Of a DNA stretch of 52,945 nt, positions 35,969 through 45,369 are shown piece after piece (the first letter of the stretch is position 1; each line of letters starts with the position of its first letter). Both the position numbers and the translations under genes were made by a program. The notes beneath the pieces were generated by a model. The model was given only the letters and a program-made list of their open reading frames with translations. It ran no database searches and was not told the origin of the DNA. The DNA is from Clostridia bacterium (lineage in GTDB: Bacteria; Bacillota; Sulfobacillia; RBS10-35; JADGHG01): positions 1 to 52,945 of the forward strand of contig JADGHG010000002.1 in assembly GCA_019689585.1 (NCBI GenBank). Reading direction: 5' to 3'.

Positions 35969-37041
35969 TGCGGATCGGTCTCGTCGGGCGTCCGCTGGCA
36001 GGCAAGTCGACGCTCTTCCACCTGCTCACGGGCCTCCCGCCCCGGCCGCCCGGATCGCGCGAGGCCGAGGTCGGCACGGCGGCCGTGCCCGACCCGCGGC
36101 TTCCGGCGCTCGCCGCCCTCTTCCGGCCGCGCAAGGTGACGCCGGGCACGCTCGAGGTCGTCGACGCGCCCGGCCTCCGCCCGGGCGGCGGCTCGGGCGA
36201 GGACGGCCCCCGCCGCGAGGACTTCTTCGAGACGGTGCGCCGCACCGACGCCCTCCTGGTCGTGCTCGCGCTCCATCCGGCCGCGGGGGGGCCCGAGGGC
36301 CCCGACCCTGTGGGGGAACTGCGCGGGATCGAGGAAGAGCTCCTCTTGGCCGACCTCGAGCGGGTCGAGCGCATCGCGGCCCGGCTCCGCAAGAACCATC
36401 GTCGTTCGGCCGAGGAGGAGCGCACCCTCGCGCTCCTTACCCGCTGCGAGGAGGCGCTCGGCGAGGAGCGGCCGATCCGGAGCCTCGGGCTCGCCCCCGA
36501 GGAGTCGCAGCTCCTGCGCGGGTTCGCGCTCCTCTCCGAGAAGCCTCTCGTCGTCGCGCCGAACGTGGCTGAAGCGGACGTGCGCGAGGGAGAGGTGCGG
36601 GTGCCCGAGGCGCTCGCCGCCGACTGCCGGGAGCGCGGGCTCCCCCTCGTCCCCTTCTGCGGGCCGCTCGAAGCCGAGATCGCGCGGCTCCCCGCGGACG
36701 AGCGGGAGGCCTTCCTCTCGGCCTACGGCCTCTCCGAGCCCGGCGTGGCGCGGGTCGCGCGGGCGGCGCAGGCTGCGCTCGGGCTCATCGCCTTCCTCAC
36801 GGTCGGGGAGGACGAGGTGCGCGCCTGGCCCGTCCCCCGCGGCACCCGGGCGCACGAGGCGGCGGGCCGCATCCACTCCGACATCCAGCGCGGCTTCATC
36901 CGGGCGGAGGTCGTGCCCTGGCAGGAGCTCGTGCGGCTCGGCTCGCTCAAGGCCTGCCGCGAGGCCGGCGTGCTGCGGCTCGAAGGCCGCGACTACGTCG
37001 TCGCGGACGGCGACGTGATCCACTTCCGCTTCCACGTGTGA
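35968..37041 (+). CDS. ychF: redox-regulated ATPase YchF (Obg-like)
   Basis: P-loop 'GRPLAGKST'. C-terminal 'GFIRAEVV...GRDYVVADGDVIHFRF' (DUF933/TGS). Confidence 0.9.
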   Translation: MRIGLVGRPLAGKSTLFHLLTGLPPRPPGSREAEVGTAAVPDPRLPALAALFRPRKVTPGTLEVVDAPGLRPGGGSGEDGPRREDFFETVRRTDALLVVLALHPAAGGPEGPDPVGELRGIEEELLLADLERVERIAARLRKNHRRSAEEERTLALLTRCEEALGEERPIRSLGLAPEESQLLRGFALLSEKPLVVAPNVAEADVREGEVRVPEALAADCRERGLPLVPFCGPLEAEIARLPADEREAFLSAYGLSEPGVARVARAAQAALGLIAFLTVGEDEVRAWPVPRGTRAHEAAGRIHSDIQRGFIRAEVVPWQELVRLGSLKACREAGVLRLEGRDYVVADGDVIHFRFHV

Positions 37042-38066
37042 GAGCCTTCAGGAAGGGGCGCCGGGCCGTGGCGGGGAGTCTGCGCGTAGCCGTCCTCCAG
37101 TTCCCGCTCCCCGACGCCGGGCCGGCGGGGGGCCGGGCCGCGTGGGCGGAGGCGCTCGAGGCGCGCGCGCAGGCCGTGGCCCAGGCCGGGGCGGGGCTCG
37201 CCGTCTTCCCGCCCGGCGCGGGCGCAGGGCCGGAGGGCGTGGCCGCCTTCGCAGTCTGGACGCGCGCCGGCCGAAGCCCGGGGCGGAGCCGCCGCGCCTT
37301 TCCGCCCGCCGACGCCTGGGTCGCCTACTGCGCCCTGGGGTCGGTCCTCGCGCGCCGAGCCCGCGCCTTCCTCGTCCCGGGGAGCGTCGTCGTCCCGCAC
37401 GAGGGCGGCTCGGCGCACGCAGCCGGCCTCTTCTCGCCCGAGGGCGACCTCGTCCTCGCCCAGTCGCAGGGCACATGGCCGGCCGAGGCGATCGCCGCCG
37501 GCTGGCGCCCGGCCGACGAGCTCCGGCTGGCCGAGGCCGCCGGCTTTCGCGTGGCCATCCTCCTCGGGTGGGATGCGGTGATGCCGGAGTCGCACCGGAT
37601 CGCCGAGCGGCTCGGCGCGACCCTCACGCTCGCGCTCACCGCCTGGCCGTGGCCGTACAACCCCTGGCGGCAGCTCGCGGGCGCCTGGGCCGGGGTCCAG
37701 GAGACGCAGGTGCCGTGCGCCGAGGCCTGCCTCGTCGGCCCGGTGCGCGGCCGCCTCTTCGCCGGCCGGAGCGCCGTCTACGCGCCCTGCGAGGCCACCC
37801 CCGGCGAGACGGGCTGGCTCGCGCGCCTCACCGATGCGAGGGGCGAAGGCCTGGCTCTCGCCGAGCTCGACCCGCAGGCGGTCGCCCGCGTGCGCGAGGC
37901 GTACCCGATCGCCGCGTTCCTGAACCAGCCCCTCTACGCGCGCCATTTCCCCCGCATCTACGGAGGCCTCGCCGCCGAAGCCGGCGGGGCCGGAGGCGGG
38001 ACGGCCGAGGCGGCGCCCGGCCCGACGGAGGGCCGGTCGCGCCGGGGCGGCCGACCGGGCGCATGA
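37038..38066 (+). CDS. carbon-nitrogen hydrolase-like protein with degenerate catalytic residues
   Basis: GTGA overlap with ychF. C-N hydrolase layout ('LRVAVLQ', 'AVFPP', 'ILLGWDAVMPE', 'GRSAVYAP'), but the FPE Glu reads Pro (37212-37214) and the nucleophile Cys reads Gly (37566-37568). Confidence 0.6.
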   Translation: MRAFRKGRRAVAGSLRVAVLQFPLPDAGPAGGRAAWAEALEARAQAVAQAGAGLAVFPPGAGAGPEGVAAFAVWTRAGRSPGRSRRAFPPADAWVAYCALGSVLARRARAFLVPGSVVVPHEGGSAHAAGLFSPEGDLVLAQSQGTWPAEAIAAGWRPADELRLAEAAGFRVAILLGWDAVMPESHRIAERLGATLTLALTAWPWPYNPWRQLAGAWAGVQETQVPCAEACLVGPVRGRLFAGRSAVYAPCEATPGETGWLARLTDARGEGLALAELDPQAVARVREAYPIAAFLNQPLYARHFPRIYGGLAAEAGGAGGGTAEAAPGPTEGRSRRGGRPGA

Positions 38067-39190
38067 CGGCCCGAGCGCTCAAGGGCGCGCTCGCCGTCCT
38101 GGCCCGGCTCGCCGCCTGGCGGGGTCGGGCCGAGGCTGCGCGCCGGGAGGCACGGCGGCTCCTTGCGACGCTCGGCGAGCCGCTTGCCCGCGAGGCGGAG
38201 GAGCGGCGCGGGCGCTACCTGGCCTGGCGTGCGGGAGGCGAAGGAGGAGGCCGGCGAGCGACGATCCGGGTGGCGGCCGTGCAGATGGAGCTCCGGCCCG
38301 AGCCGAGCCCGCGCGCCTTCGCCCGCCACGTCTTCTCGCTCCTTCGCAAGGCGGCCGAATGCGGAGCCGAGCTCGTCGCCTTCCCGGAGGACGCCGCGAC
38401 CGGGCTCGTCGCGCTCCTTCCCGGCTTCGCCCTCCTTTCGCGGCCCGGCACGGCCACGGGCGGCCCGGCGGCACGGGGCCTCCCCGTCGCCGAGGTCTTC
38501 CGCCTCCTGGGCGCGGCCGTCGGGGCCACCTACCGGGCCGTCTTCGCCACCTTCGCCGAGGGTTTCGGCCTCTTCCTCGTCGCCGGGACGGCCAACCTCC
38601 CCGAGCCCGACGGGCGCGTCCAGAACGTGGCGCACGTCTTCGCGCCCGACGGACGGCTCCTCGCCCGCCAGCCCAAGCTCCACCTCTTCCCCTACGAAGC
38701 GGCCTGGGGGATCGCCCCGGGCTCGGACCTCCTCGCCTTCCCGACCCCCTGGGGCCCCATGGCGAGCCCCGTCTGCATGGATGCCACCTACTTCGAGACG
38801 GCCCGCATCGCGCGCGCCCTGGGCGCGGAGGTCGTCATCCTCCCCATCGCCGACCCGGGCCCGGCCCACCTCTGGAAGGGCCGGCGCGGCCTCTGGGCCC
38901 GCTGCCAGGAAGGCGGCTTCTACGGCGTGCAGAGCGCGCTCGTCGGCCGCTTCCTCGGCCTCGCGCTCTCCGGTCGCAGCGCCGTCTTCGCCCCGCTCGA
39001 GCTCTCGCCCCGGGGCGACGGGGTCCTGGCCGAGGCGGACGACCCCGCGTCCGAGACGGTCGTCTGGGCCGATCTCGATCTGGAGGCGCTCCGCTCGTGG
39101 CGGGCCGAGCAGCCGGACGTGCGCGCGCCGGGGTTCTGGCGCCGCCTCGCCGACGGGTCGATCTGGCGGGGGAGGGGGAGGGCGACGTGA
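38063..39190 (+). CDS. carbon-nitrogen hydrolase family protein (E-K-C triad intact) with ~65-aa helical N-terminal extension
   Basis: ATGA overlap. 'IRVAAVQM', 'VAFPED', 'RQPKLHLFPYE', 'PVCMDATYFE' and 'GRSAVFAP'. Confidence 0.75.
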   Translation: MTARALKGALAVLARLAAWRGRAEAARREARRLLATLGEPLAREAEERRGRYLAWRAGGEGGGRRATIRVAAVQMELRPEPSPRAFARHVFSLLRKAAECGAELVAFPEDAATGLVALLPGFALLSRPGTATGGPAARGLPVAEVFRLLGAAVGATYRAVFATFAEGFGLFLVAGTANLPEPDGRVQNVAHVFAPDGRLLARQPKLHLFPYEAAWGIAPGSDLLAFPTPWGPMASPVCMDATYFETARIARALGAEVVILPIADPGPAHLWKGRRGLWARCQEGGFYGVQSALVGRFLGLALSGRSAVFAPLELSPRGDGVLAEADDPASETVVWADLDLEALRSWRAEQPDVRAPGFWRRLADGSIWRGRGRAT

Positions 39191-39990
39191 ACCGGCTCCT
39201 CGCCGTCTTCCTCCTCACGTTCCTCATCCACCTCGTCGACGCGCTCTCGTACGCCGTGCGGCCGGCCGGGGTGAGGACCGGCCGGCTCGCGACGGCGCTC
39301 TCCCTCTTCAACGTCATCGCGCTCGCCGCGCGCACGGCCAACCTCATCCAGGCGCCGCTCCTCGGCAGCCTCGTCGACCAGGCGGTCCTCCGCGGGACGA
39401 GCGCGCGCCTCGCCGACGACTTCCGCCTCGTGCTCGCCGCCGCCACGCTCGGCGCGGTCGTAGGCGCGGGGGCCGTGCCGACGTTCGTCCGCGTCTTCAG
39501 CCGCGCCATCCTCGCCTTCGAGCGGGCGGGGTCGGTCCTCGGCCTTCTCGCGCGCGCCCTCTCCCCGCGCGCGCTTCTCTCCGTCTCGCACGACGTGCGG
39601 CCGCCCGGCCTCGAGCTCGGCCGCCGCCTCGACTTCCGCGGCGTGCCGTACGGGTTCCTGGTGCTGAACGTCGCCATCACGGCCATCTACACGACGGGCG
39701 TGCTCTCGGCCCTCTACGCCGGCGCGCTCGTGCCCGACTACCGCACGACGGCGACCCAACTCTCGGGCGTCATCAACGGGTTCGCGACGGTGCTCTTCGT
39801 GCTCGCCGTCGACCCGGTCGCCGCGCTCGTCACCGACCAGGTCCTGGCCGGGCGCCGGCCGAGAGGCCAGGTGAACGCCGTCGCGGCGCTCCTCTCGGGG
39901 ACGAAGGTGCTCGGCACGCTCCTCGCCCAGCTCCTCTTCGCCCCGGCCGCCGACCTAGTGGTGGCGGTGACGGGCTGGATCGTGCGCTAG
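39187..39990 (+). CDS. amj: lipid II flippase Amj (DUF2837) family protein
   Basis: GTGA overlap. The N-terminal 'LLTFLIHLVDALSYAVRPAGVRTGRLATALSLFNVIALAARTANLIQAPLLG' resembles B. subtilis Amj/YdaH as remembered. Confidence 0.6.
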   Translation: MNRLLAVFLLTFLIHLVDALSYAVRPAGVRTGRLATALSLFNVIALAARTANLIQAPLLGSLVDQAVLRGTSARLADDFRLVLAAATLGAVVGAGAVPTFVRVFSRAILAFERAGSVLGLLARALSPRALLSVSHDVRPPGLELGRRLDFRGVPYGFLVLNVAITAIYTTGVLSALYAGALVPDYRTTATQLSGVINGFATVLFVLAVDPVAALVTDQVLAGRRPRGQVNAVAALLSGTKVLGTLLAQLLFAPAADLVVAVTGWIVR

Positions 39991-40048
39991 GGCCGCCCGG
40001 ACGGCGCTCGCAACGACATGTAGACTTCGGCATGGGGAGGGGCGGCCC

Positions 40049-41638
40049 GTGTACCGCGACCTGCGCGAGTTCCTCGCGGCGCTCGAGGCTCAGGGCGAGC
40101 TCGTGCGCGTGCGCGAGCCCGTCGACACCTACCTCGAGATGAGCGCCTTCGCCGACCGGGCCGTGAAGTCGGGCGGCCCGGCGCTCCTCTTCGAGCGGCC
40201 CGACCCGGGCCGGCTCCGGCGCCAGGGCATCGTCGACGAGGTGCGGGCGTCGGCCGAGGCGGGGCCCGTCGCCCCGCGGCCTTCGGCCGAAGCCCGGCCG
40301 GCCTGGCCGCCCTTGCGGCCGGACCCGGCGGCGGCGGCCATGCCGGTCGTCATGAACCTCTTCGGCAGTGAGCGGCGCACGGCGATGGCGCTCGGCGTCG
40401 AGGACCTCGCCGCCGCCCAGGCCAAGGTGGCGGAGCTCGTCGAGCTCGCGAAGGGCCCCGGCCCCGAGGGCGGGAGCCTCCTCTCGAAGCTCTCGCTCCT
40501 CCCGAAGCTGCGCGAGCTCGCCGCCATCGCCCCGCGGGTCGTCCGCACGGGGCCGGTGCACGAGCTCGTCGAGGAAGGCGAGGACGTCGACCTCGCGCGC
40601 CTGCCCGTCATCACCGCCTGGCCGGCCGACGCCGGCCCCTTCATCTCCCTCGCCTACGTGATCACGAAGGACCCCGAGACGGGGGAGCGCAACGCCGGCA
40701 TCTACCGCATGCAGGTCCTCGACGGCCGCACGACCGGCATGCACTGGCAGCTCCACCACGGCGGCGCCAGCCACTTCCGCAAGGCCCAGGCCCTCGGCCG
40801 GCGGCTCGAGGCGGTGGCCGTCCTGGGCGGCGACCCGGCGATCACGTACGCCGCGAGCGCGCCCCTGCCCGAGGGGATCGACGAGCTCCTCTTCGCCGGC
40901 CTCCTGCGCGGACAAGCCGTCGAGCTCGTCAAGGCGCGCACGGTCGACCTCGAGGTGCCCGCGCACGCGGAGATCGCGATCGAGGGGTACGTCGACCCGG
41001 CCGAGCCGCCCGTCCGCGAAGGCCCCTACGGCGACCACACCGGCTTCTACTCTCTCGCGGAGCCGTACCCGGCCTTCCACGTGACGGCCGTCACGAGAAG
41101 GCGCGACGCGATCTACCCGACGACGATCGTCGGGCGGCCGCCGATGGAGGACTACTTCCTCGGCCACGCCTCCGAGCGCCTCTTCCTCCCGCTCGTGCGG
41201 CTCATCCAGAACGAGGTCGTCGACTACCACATGCCGCCCGAAGGCGTCTTCAACAACCTCCTCTTCGTCGCCATCGACAAGCGCTACCCCGGCCAGGCCT
41301 TCAAGGTGGCGGCCGGGCTCTGGGGCATGGGGCAGATGAGCCTCCAGAAGGTGATCGTCGTCGTCGACGCGGACGTCGACGTCCACGACCCGAAGGAGGC
41401 CTGGTGGGCCGCGCTCAACCACATCGACCCCGAGCGCGACGTGCGCTTTTTCCCGGGGCCCGTCGACGTCCTCGACCACGCGTCCCGGCGGCTCGGCTTC
41501 GGCACGAAGATGGTCATCGACGGCACGCGCAAGCTGCCCGAGGAAGGCCACGACCGGCCGTGGCCGGCCCGGATCCGCATGGATCCGGCCGTCGAGCGCG
41601 AGGTGCGGGAGAGGTGGCGCGCCCTTGGGCTCCCTTGA
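40049..41638 (+). CDS. ubiD: UbiD family decarboxylase (menaquinone/ubiquinone-type prenyl-aromatic decarboxylase)
   Basis: '[14 protein letters not shown]', 'GGPALLFE', 'GIYRMQV', '[11 protein letters not shown]' and 'GRPPMED'. SD GGGGAGGGG is upstream of the GTG. Confidence 0.9.
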   Translation: [529 protein letters not shown]

Positions 41639-42587
41639 GGCGCGGGGGGGCGGATCCCCGAGTGCCTGGGGCGAGCGCCTTCTCGCGCGCGCGGCTCTCA
41701 AGGCCCGCGCGCTCTGGGACACGACGGTGCCGCTCCACGCCGTCTTCGGCCTCACGACCACCATTGCCGCGAGCGTCGTCGCCGTCTCGGGCTGGCCCTC
41801 GGGGGCGCAGCTCGCCTGGATCGTCGTGGCGCTCGTCTTCGGGCGCGCGGCCGGCTTCGGCCTGAACCGGGTGATCGACGCCCAGCTCGACGCGAAGAAC
41901 CCCCGCACGCGCAACCGGCCGATCCCGACGGGCCGGCTCACGCGGGCCGAGACGCTCGCCTTCAGCCTCGCCTGCCTCGCGGTCCTGGCCCTCGCCGCGT
42001 GGGAGCTGAACCCGCTCACGCTCTACTTCTTCCCGCTGGCCGTAGCCGGGCTCGTCGTCTACCCGTACGGCAAGTACCACACCTGGGCCTGCCACTACTG
42101 GCAGGTGTGGCCCCAGTTCTGCGGCCCCTTCGGCGCGTGGCTCGCCCTGCGCGGCGACTTCGCGCCGGCGGGGGTCGCCTTCGCGCTCGGCTACGCGCTC
42201 TGGGTGGCGGCCTCGGACATGCTCTTCCACGCCGGCGACCGGTCCTTCCAGAGGGCGGCCGGGGTCCACTCGGCGCCGGCCGACCTCGGGCTCGCGCGGG
42301 CCTTGCGGCTTGCCGGCGCGACGCACGCCGCGGCGCTCTCCCTGATCGCGCTGGCGGGCCTGCTCCTCGGCCTCGCCCCGGGCTACTTCCTCGTCCTCTC
42401 GCTCTGCCTGCCCCTCGTCGCGAACCAGTACCGGCTCGTCCTCCCGCCCCGGGGCGCCGGGGCGGGCGCGTCCGGCGGCCGGGCCGAGCCGGCTGTGCCC
42501 ATCGAGCGCGCCATGCTGGCCTTCAACACGAACGCGGTCGCGGGGCCGCTCCTTCTCCTCGCGGCCGTCCTGGGGGTGGCGGCGTGA
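41625..42587 (+). CDS. UbiA family aromatic prenyltransferase
   Basis: 'NRVIDAQLDAKNPRTRNRPIPTGRL' (NxxxDxxxD motif) and multiple TM helices. The exact start is uncertain. Confidence 0.85.
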   Translation: MGSLEARGGGSPSAWGERLLARAALKARALWDTTVPLHAVFGLTTTIAASVVAVSGWPSGAQLAWIVVALVFGRAAGFGLNRVIDAQLDAKNPRTRNRPIPTGRLTRAETLAFSLACLAVLALAAWELNPLTLYFFPLAVAGLVVYPYGKYHTWACHYWQVWPQFCGPFGAWLALRGDFAPAGVAFALGYALWVAASDMLFHAGDRSFQRAAGVHSAPADLGLARALRLAGATHAAALSLIALAGLLLGLAPGYFLVLSLCLPLVANQYRLVLPPRGAGAGASGGRAEPAVPIERAMLAFNTNAVAGPLLLLAAVLGVAA

Positions 42588-43276
42588 CGGCCGACGGCGC
42601 CGGCGGGGCCGCGAGGGACGCGTCCCGCCGCTTCGTGGTGGCCGTGACGGGCGCGAGCGGCGGGCCGTACGCCGTGCGCGTCGTGCGCGCGCTCCTCGCC
42701 CAGAGGGCGCGCGTCGACCTCGTCGTCTCCCCGGCCGGCCGCGTGGTGCTGGCCGACGAGACGGGCTGGCGGCCGGAGGGCGACGGCTTCGCGCCCGAGG
42801 TGACGGACCCGGTGAGCGGCTGGGTGCGGCCGCGGCGCCTCGTCGGCGGCTACCAGGCCGGATTCTGGGGCGAGGGCGAGCTCCACCTCTACGACGTCCG
42901 CGACGTCGCGAGCGACATCGCGAGCGGCAGCACGCCGGTCGACGGCATGGCCGTCGTGCCGTGCTCGATGTCGACGGTGGCCGCCCTCGCGACGGGCCAG
43001 TCGGCGAACCTCATCGAACGGGCCGCGGACGTCTGCCTGAAGGAAGGCCGGCGGCTCGTCGTCGTCCCGCGCGAGACGCCGCTCCACGCCCTGCACCTGA
43101 AGAACCTCCTCCGCCTCGCCGAGCTCGGCGTGCGCGTCGTCCCCGCCATGCCGGGCTTCTACCACCGGCCGACGACCGTCGCCGAGCTCGTCGACTTCGT
43201 CGCCGGCCGCTGCCTTCAGGCGCTCGGCGTCGCGGCCGGCCTCTCGCCCAGCTGGCAGGGGCGGCCCGAGCCGTGA
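42584..43276 (+). CDS. ubiX: flavin prenyltransferase UbiX
   Basis: GTGA overlap. 'VAVTGASGGPYAVR', 'VVPCSMSTVAALATG', 'RETPLHALHLKN' and 'PGFYHRP'. Confidence 0.9.
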   Translation: MTADGAGGAARDASRRFVVAVTGASGGPYAVRVVRALLAQRARVDLVVSPAGRVVLADETGWRPEGDGFAPEVTDPVSGWVRPRRLVGGYQAGFWGEGELHLYDVRDVASDIASGSTPVDGMAVVPCSMSTVAALATGQSANLIERAADVCLKEGRRLVVVPRETPLHALHLKNLLRLAELGVRVVPAMPGFYHRPTTVAELVDFVAGRCLQALGVAAGLSPSWQGRPEP

Positions 43277-43385
43277 CGCACGAGGCCCCGCCGGGCGCAT
43301 AGCCGGGCCGCCTCCCGGCATAGCCGTCTCCCGCGGGGCGAGCGCCCGCTCGGCCGAGGCGCGCCCCGCCCGGCGGGGTGAGGCC

Positions 43386-43955
43386 ATGCGGAAGCCGCGG
43401 CCGACGGAGCGCGAGGGCGGGCTGGCGCTTCTCGCCTTCGGGCTTGCCCTACTTGTCGTGGCGCTCCTTTCCTGGGCGCTCGTCCTTCGCTCCGCCCTCG
43501 GCCAGGCCCGGGCCGAAGCCCGCGACATGGCGCTCCAGCTGCGCGTCCTCTCGGCCGCGGCGCAGGACGCCCGCACGCCCGAACTGCTACTCCACCGCTT
43601 CCTCGTCGCGTGGGTCGTCGGCAGCGGCGCCGAGGTCGACCTCTACCTCGCGCCGGAGCTCCAGGCGGCCTGGCGCCGGAGCCTCGCCCTCGCCGGCTGG
43701 CGTCCGGGTCCGCGGGGCCTCGCGATCGACCACTACCGGCTCGACGAATCGCAGCCGCTCGCAGACGGCGCCCGCTACCGCGTCACCTTCTTCGCGGGAC
43801 CCGCGGAGTCGGAACCGGCCTACACGATGACGCTCACCGTGCGCGGCCGCCCGGGCGCATACGCCGTGACGTCGCTCGCGATCGCGGGCGCGTCGGAGGC
43901 GCCGCCCAGGGAACCTTCGGAGGCGGCGCCGGGGCTGCCGCCCGGCTCAGGCTGA
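43386..43955 (+). CDS. hypothetical N-terminally membrane-anchored protein
   Basis: One TM ('LALLAFGLALLVVALLSWALVL') followed by a ~130-aa soluble domain. High third-position GC read by eye. No family recognised. Confidence 0.5.
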   Translation: MRKPRPTEREGGLALLAFGLALLVVALLSWALVLRSALGQARAEARDMALQLRVLSAAAQDARTPELLLHRFLVAWVVGSGAEVDLYLAPELQAAWRRSLALAGWRPGPRGLAIDHYRLDESQPLADGARYRVTFFAGPAESEPAYTMTLTVRGRPGAYAVTSLAIAGASEAPPREPSEAAPGLPPGSG

Positions 43956-44046
43956 AGAGGGGAACCGACGGCAGCGCGTCGGCCGAAGACGCGTCCCGCG
44001 CCCGGCCGCTCGAGCCGCCCGCCGAAGGGGGGCCGTCACCCGGCGG

Positions 44047-44052
44047 TATAAT
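44047..44052 (+). promoter_or_regulatory. perfect -10 hexamer TATAAT upstream of the 44089 operon
   Basis: 'GGTATAATACGTAACGAA' is an AT-rich patch in GC-rich DNA, 36 nt before the ATG at 44089. No clear -35. Confidence 0.4.
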
Positions 44053-44088
44053 ACGTAACGAACGGCGGGTCGAGCGGGGGGTCGCCCC

Positions 44089-44895
44089 ATGGCTCTCCTC
44101 TTCGGGGCTGCGATGGCCACCGTGCTCTTGGGCCTGCTCGCGGCCGACGCGGTCTGGCACGAGGTGCGCCACACGCGCCGGAGCCTCGCCTACCTGGCCT
44201 GGGAGGCGGCCGGGTCTACCGCGGCCGCGCTCGCCGTCAACATCCTCCTCCTGCGCGCCTTCGAGCTCTGGGCCCGCGTCGTCCTCTTCTTCCTGATCGC
44301 GGCCTTCCTCTTCCTCGCCGCCGCCTACCTCACCGTCGAATCGTGGCGACGCGCGAAGATCCGCCGCTTCGACGCCCCCATGCAGGACCTGCGCCGGCGG
44401 CTCGGCGAGGCGCAGGAAGCCTTCGACCGCCTCACGTGGGAGATCCAGAGGCTCGAGCGCGAGAAGCGGGTCGAGCCGCGCGCCCAGGCGGACCCCGAGG
44501 AGAACTGGCGCCGCATCGTCCAGGGCTGGGAGAGCGCGCCCGGGCTCGCCCGCATCCGCTCGCTCAAGACGCACGAGTGGCGGGAGGAGGCGCGCGCCCT
44601 CGACGACCTCAAGCTCGAGGCGCGCCGGCGGGAGCTGGCGGGCGAACTCGCGGCCGCGCGCGACCCCGCCCGGCGCGACCAGGTCGAGGCCCAGCTCGCG
44701 ATCGTGGAGCTCGAGCGCGTGCGTCGGCGCAGCCCGCGCGAGAGCCAGGCGGCCGAGGCGGCCGAGAGCCCGCTCGAGGCGGCCAAGCGGCGCCGCGACG
44801 AGCTGGAGCAGGAAGTGCGGCGCATCCAGGTCGAACTGCGGGAGTTGATGCGCCAGCGCGAGGCCGTCCTGCGCGAACGCGTCCTCCTCGACTGA
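44089..44895 (+). CDS. hypothetical membrane protein: three TM helices plus long cytoplasmic coiled coil
   Basis: TM segments lie in residues ~1-90. The rest is E/R/L/A-rich heptad-like sequence ('LRRRLGEAQEAFDRLTWEIQRLEREKR', 'ELEQEVRRIQVELRELMRQREAVLRE'). Confidence 0.6.
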   Translation: MALLFGAAMATVLLGLLAADAVWHEVRHTRRSLAYLAWEAAGSTAAALAVNILLLRAFELWARVVLFFLIAAFLFLAAAYLTVESWRRAKIRRFDAPMQDLRRRLGEAQEAFDRLTWEIQRLEREKRVEPRAQADPEENWRRIVQGWESAPGLARIRSLKTHEWREEARALDDLKLEARRRELAGELAAARDPARRDQVEAQLAIVELERVRRRSPRESQAAEAAESPLEAAKRRRDELEQEVRRIQVELRELMRQREAVLRERVLLD

Positions 44896-44934
44896 GGCCG
44901 CGAGGCGCACGGGGCCGGGGAAGGGGGAGCGAGG

Positions 44935-45369
44935 GTGAGCCACGTCAGCCAGTACACGACGGACATCGTGTTTCGCACGGTGGCCGAGGGCGGGGCGCTC
45001 GAGGAGGACCCCGCCTGGGAGGTCCTGCAGGCGGCCGTGCAGGCGGCCGCCGAGACCCACGGCGGCCGCATCGACAAGACGGTGCGCGACGTGTTCGGCC
45101 GTCCCCAGCCGGTCGACCTGGCGCTGCACGTCGGCCACCTGCGGGGCGGCATCGGCATGGTCGTCGACCGGCGCACGGGGCAGCTCTCGTTCCTCTTCGA
45201 CGACTACGGGCACGTCGAGGAGTACCGCGAGCTCCGCGACGAGATCCTCCAGAACTACGCGGCCATCGCCGTCTCGCGCGCGCTCCGGGCGCTGAACTAC
45301 GAGGTCGACGTCGACCAGACGGGCCGGGGCGAAGACCGCCGCGTGCTCGTGCGGGGGGTGCTCGCCTGA
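44935..45369 (+). CDS. DUF1257 (Ycf35-like) family protein
   Basis: GTG follows AAGGGGGAG. It starts 'MSHVSQYTTDI' and has 'GGIGMVVDRRTGQLSFLFDDYG' and 'ILQNYAAIAVSRAL', consistent with the DUF1257 pattern as remembered. Confidence 0.65.
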   Translation: MSHVSQYTTDIVFRTVAEGGALEEDPAWEVLQAAVQAAAETHGGRIDKTVRDVFGRPQPVDLALHVGHLRGGIGMVVDRRTGQLSFLFDDYGHVEEYRELRDEILQNYAAIAVSRALRALNYEVDVDQTGRGEDRRVLVRGVLA

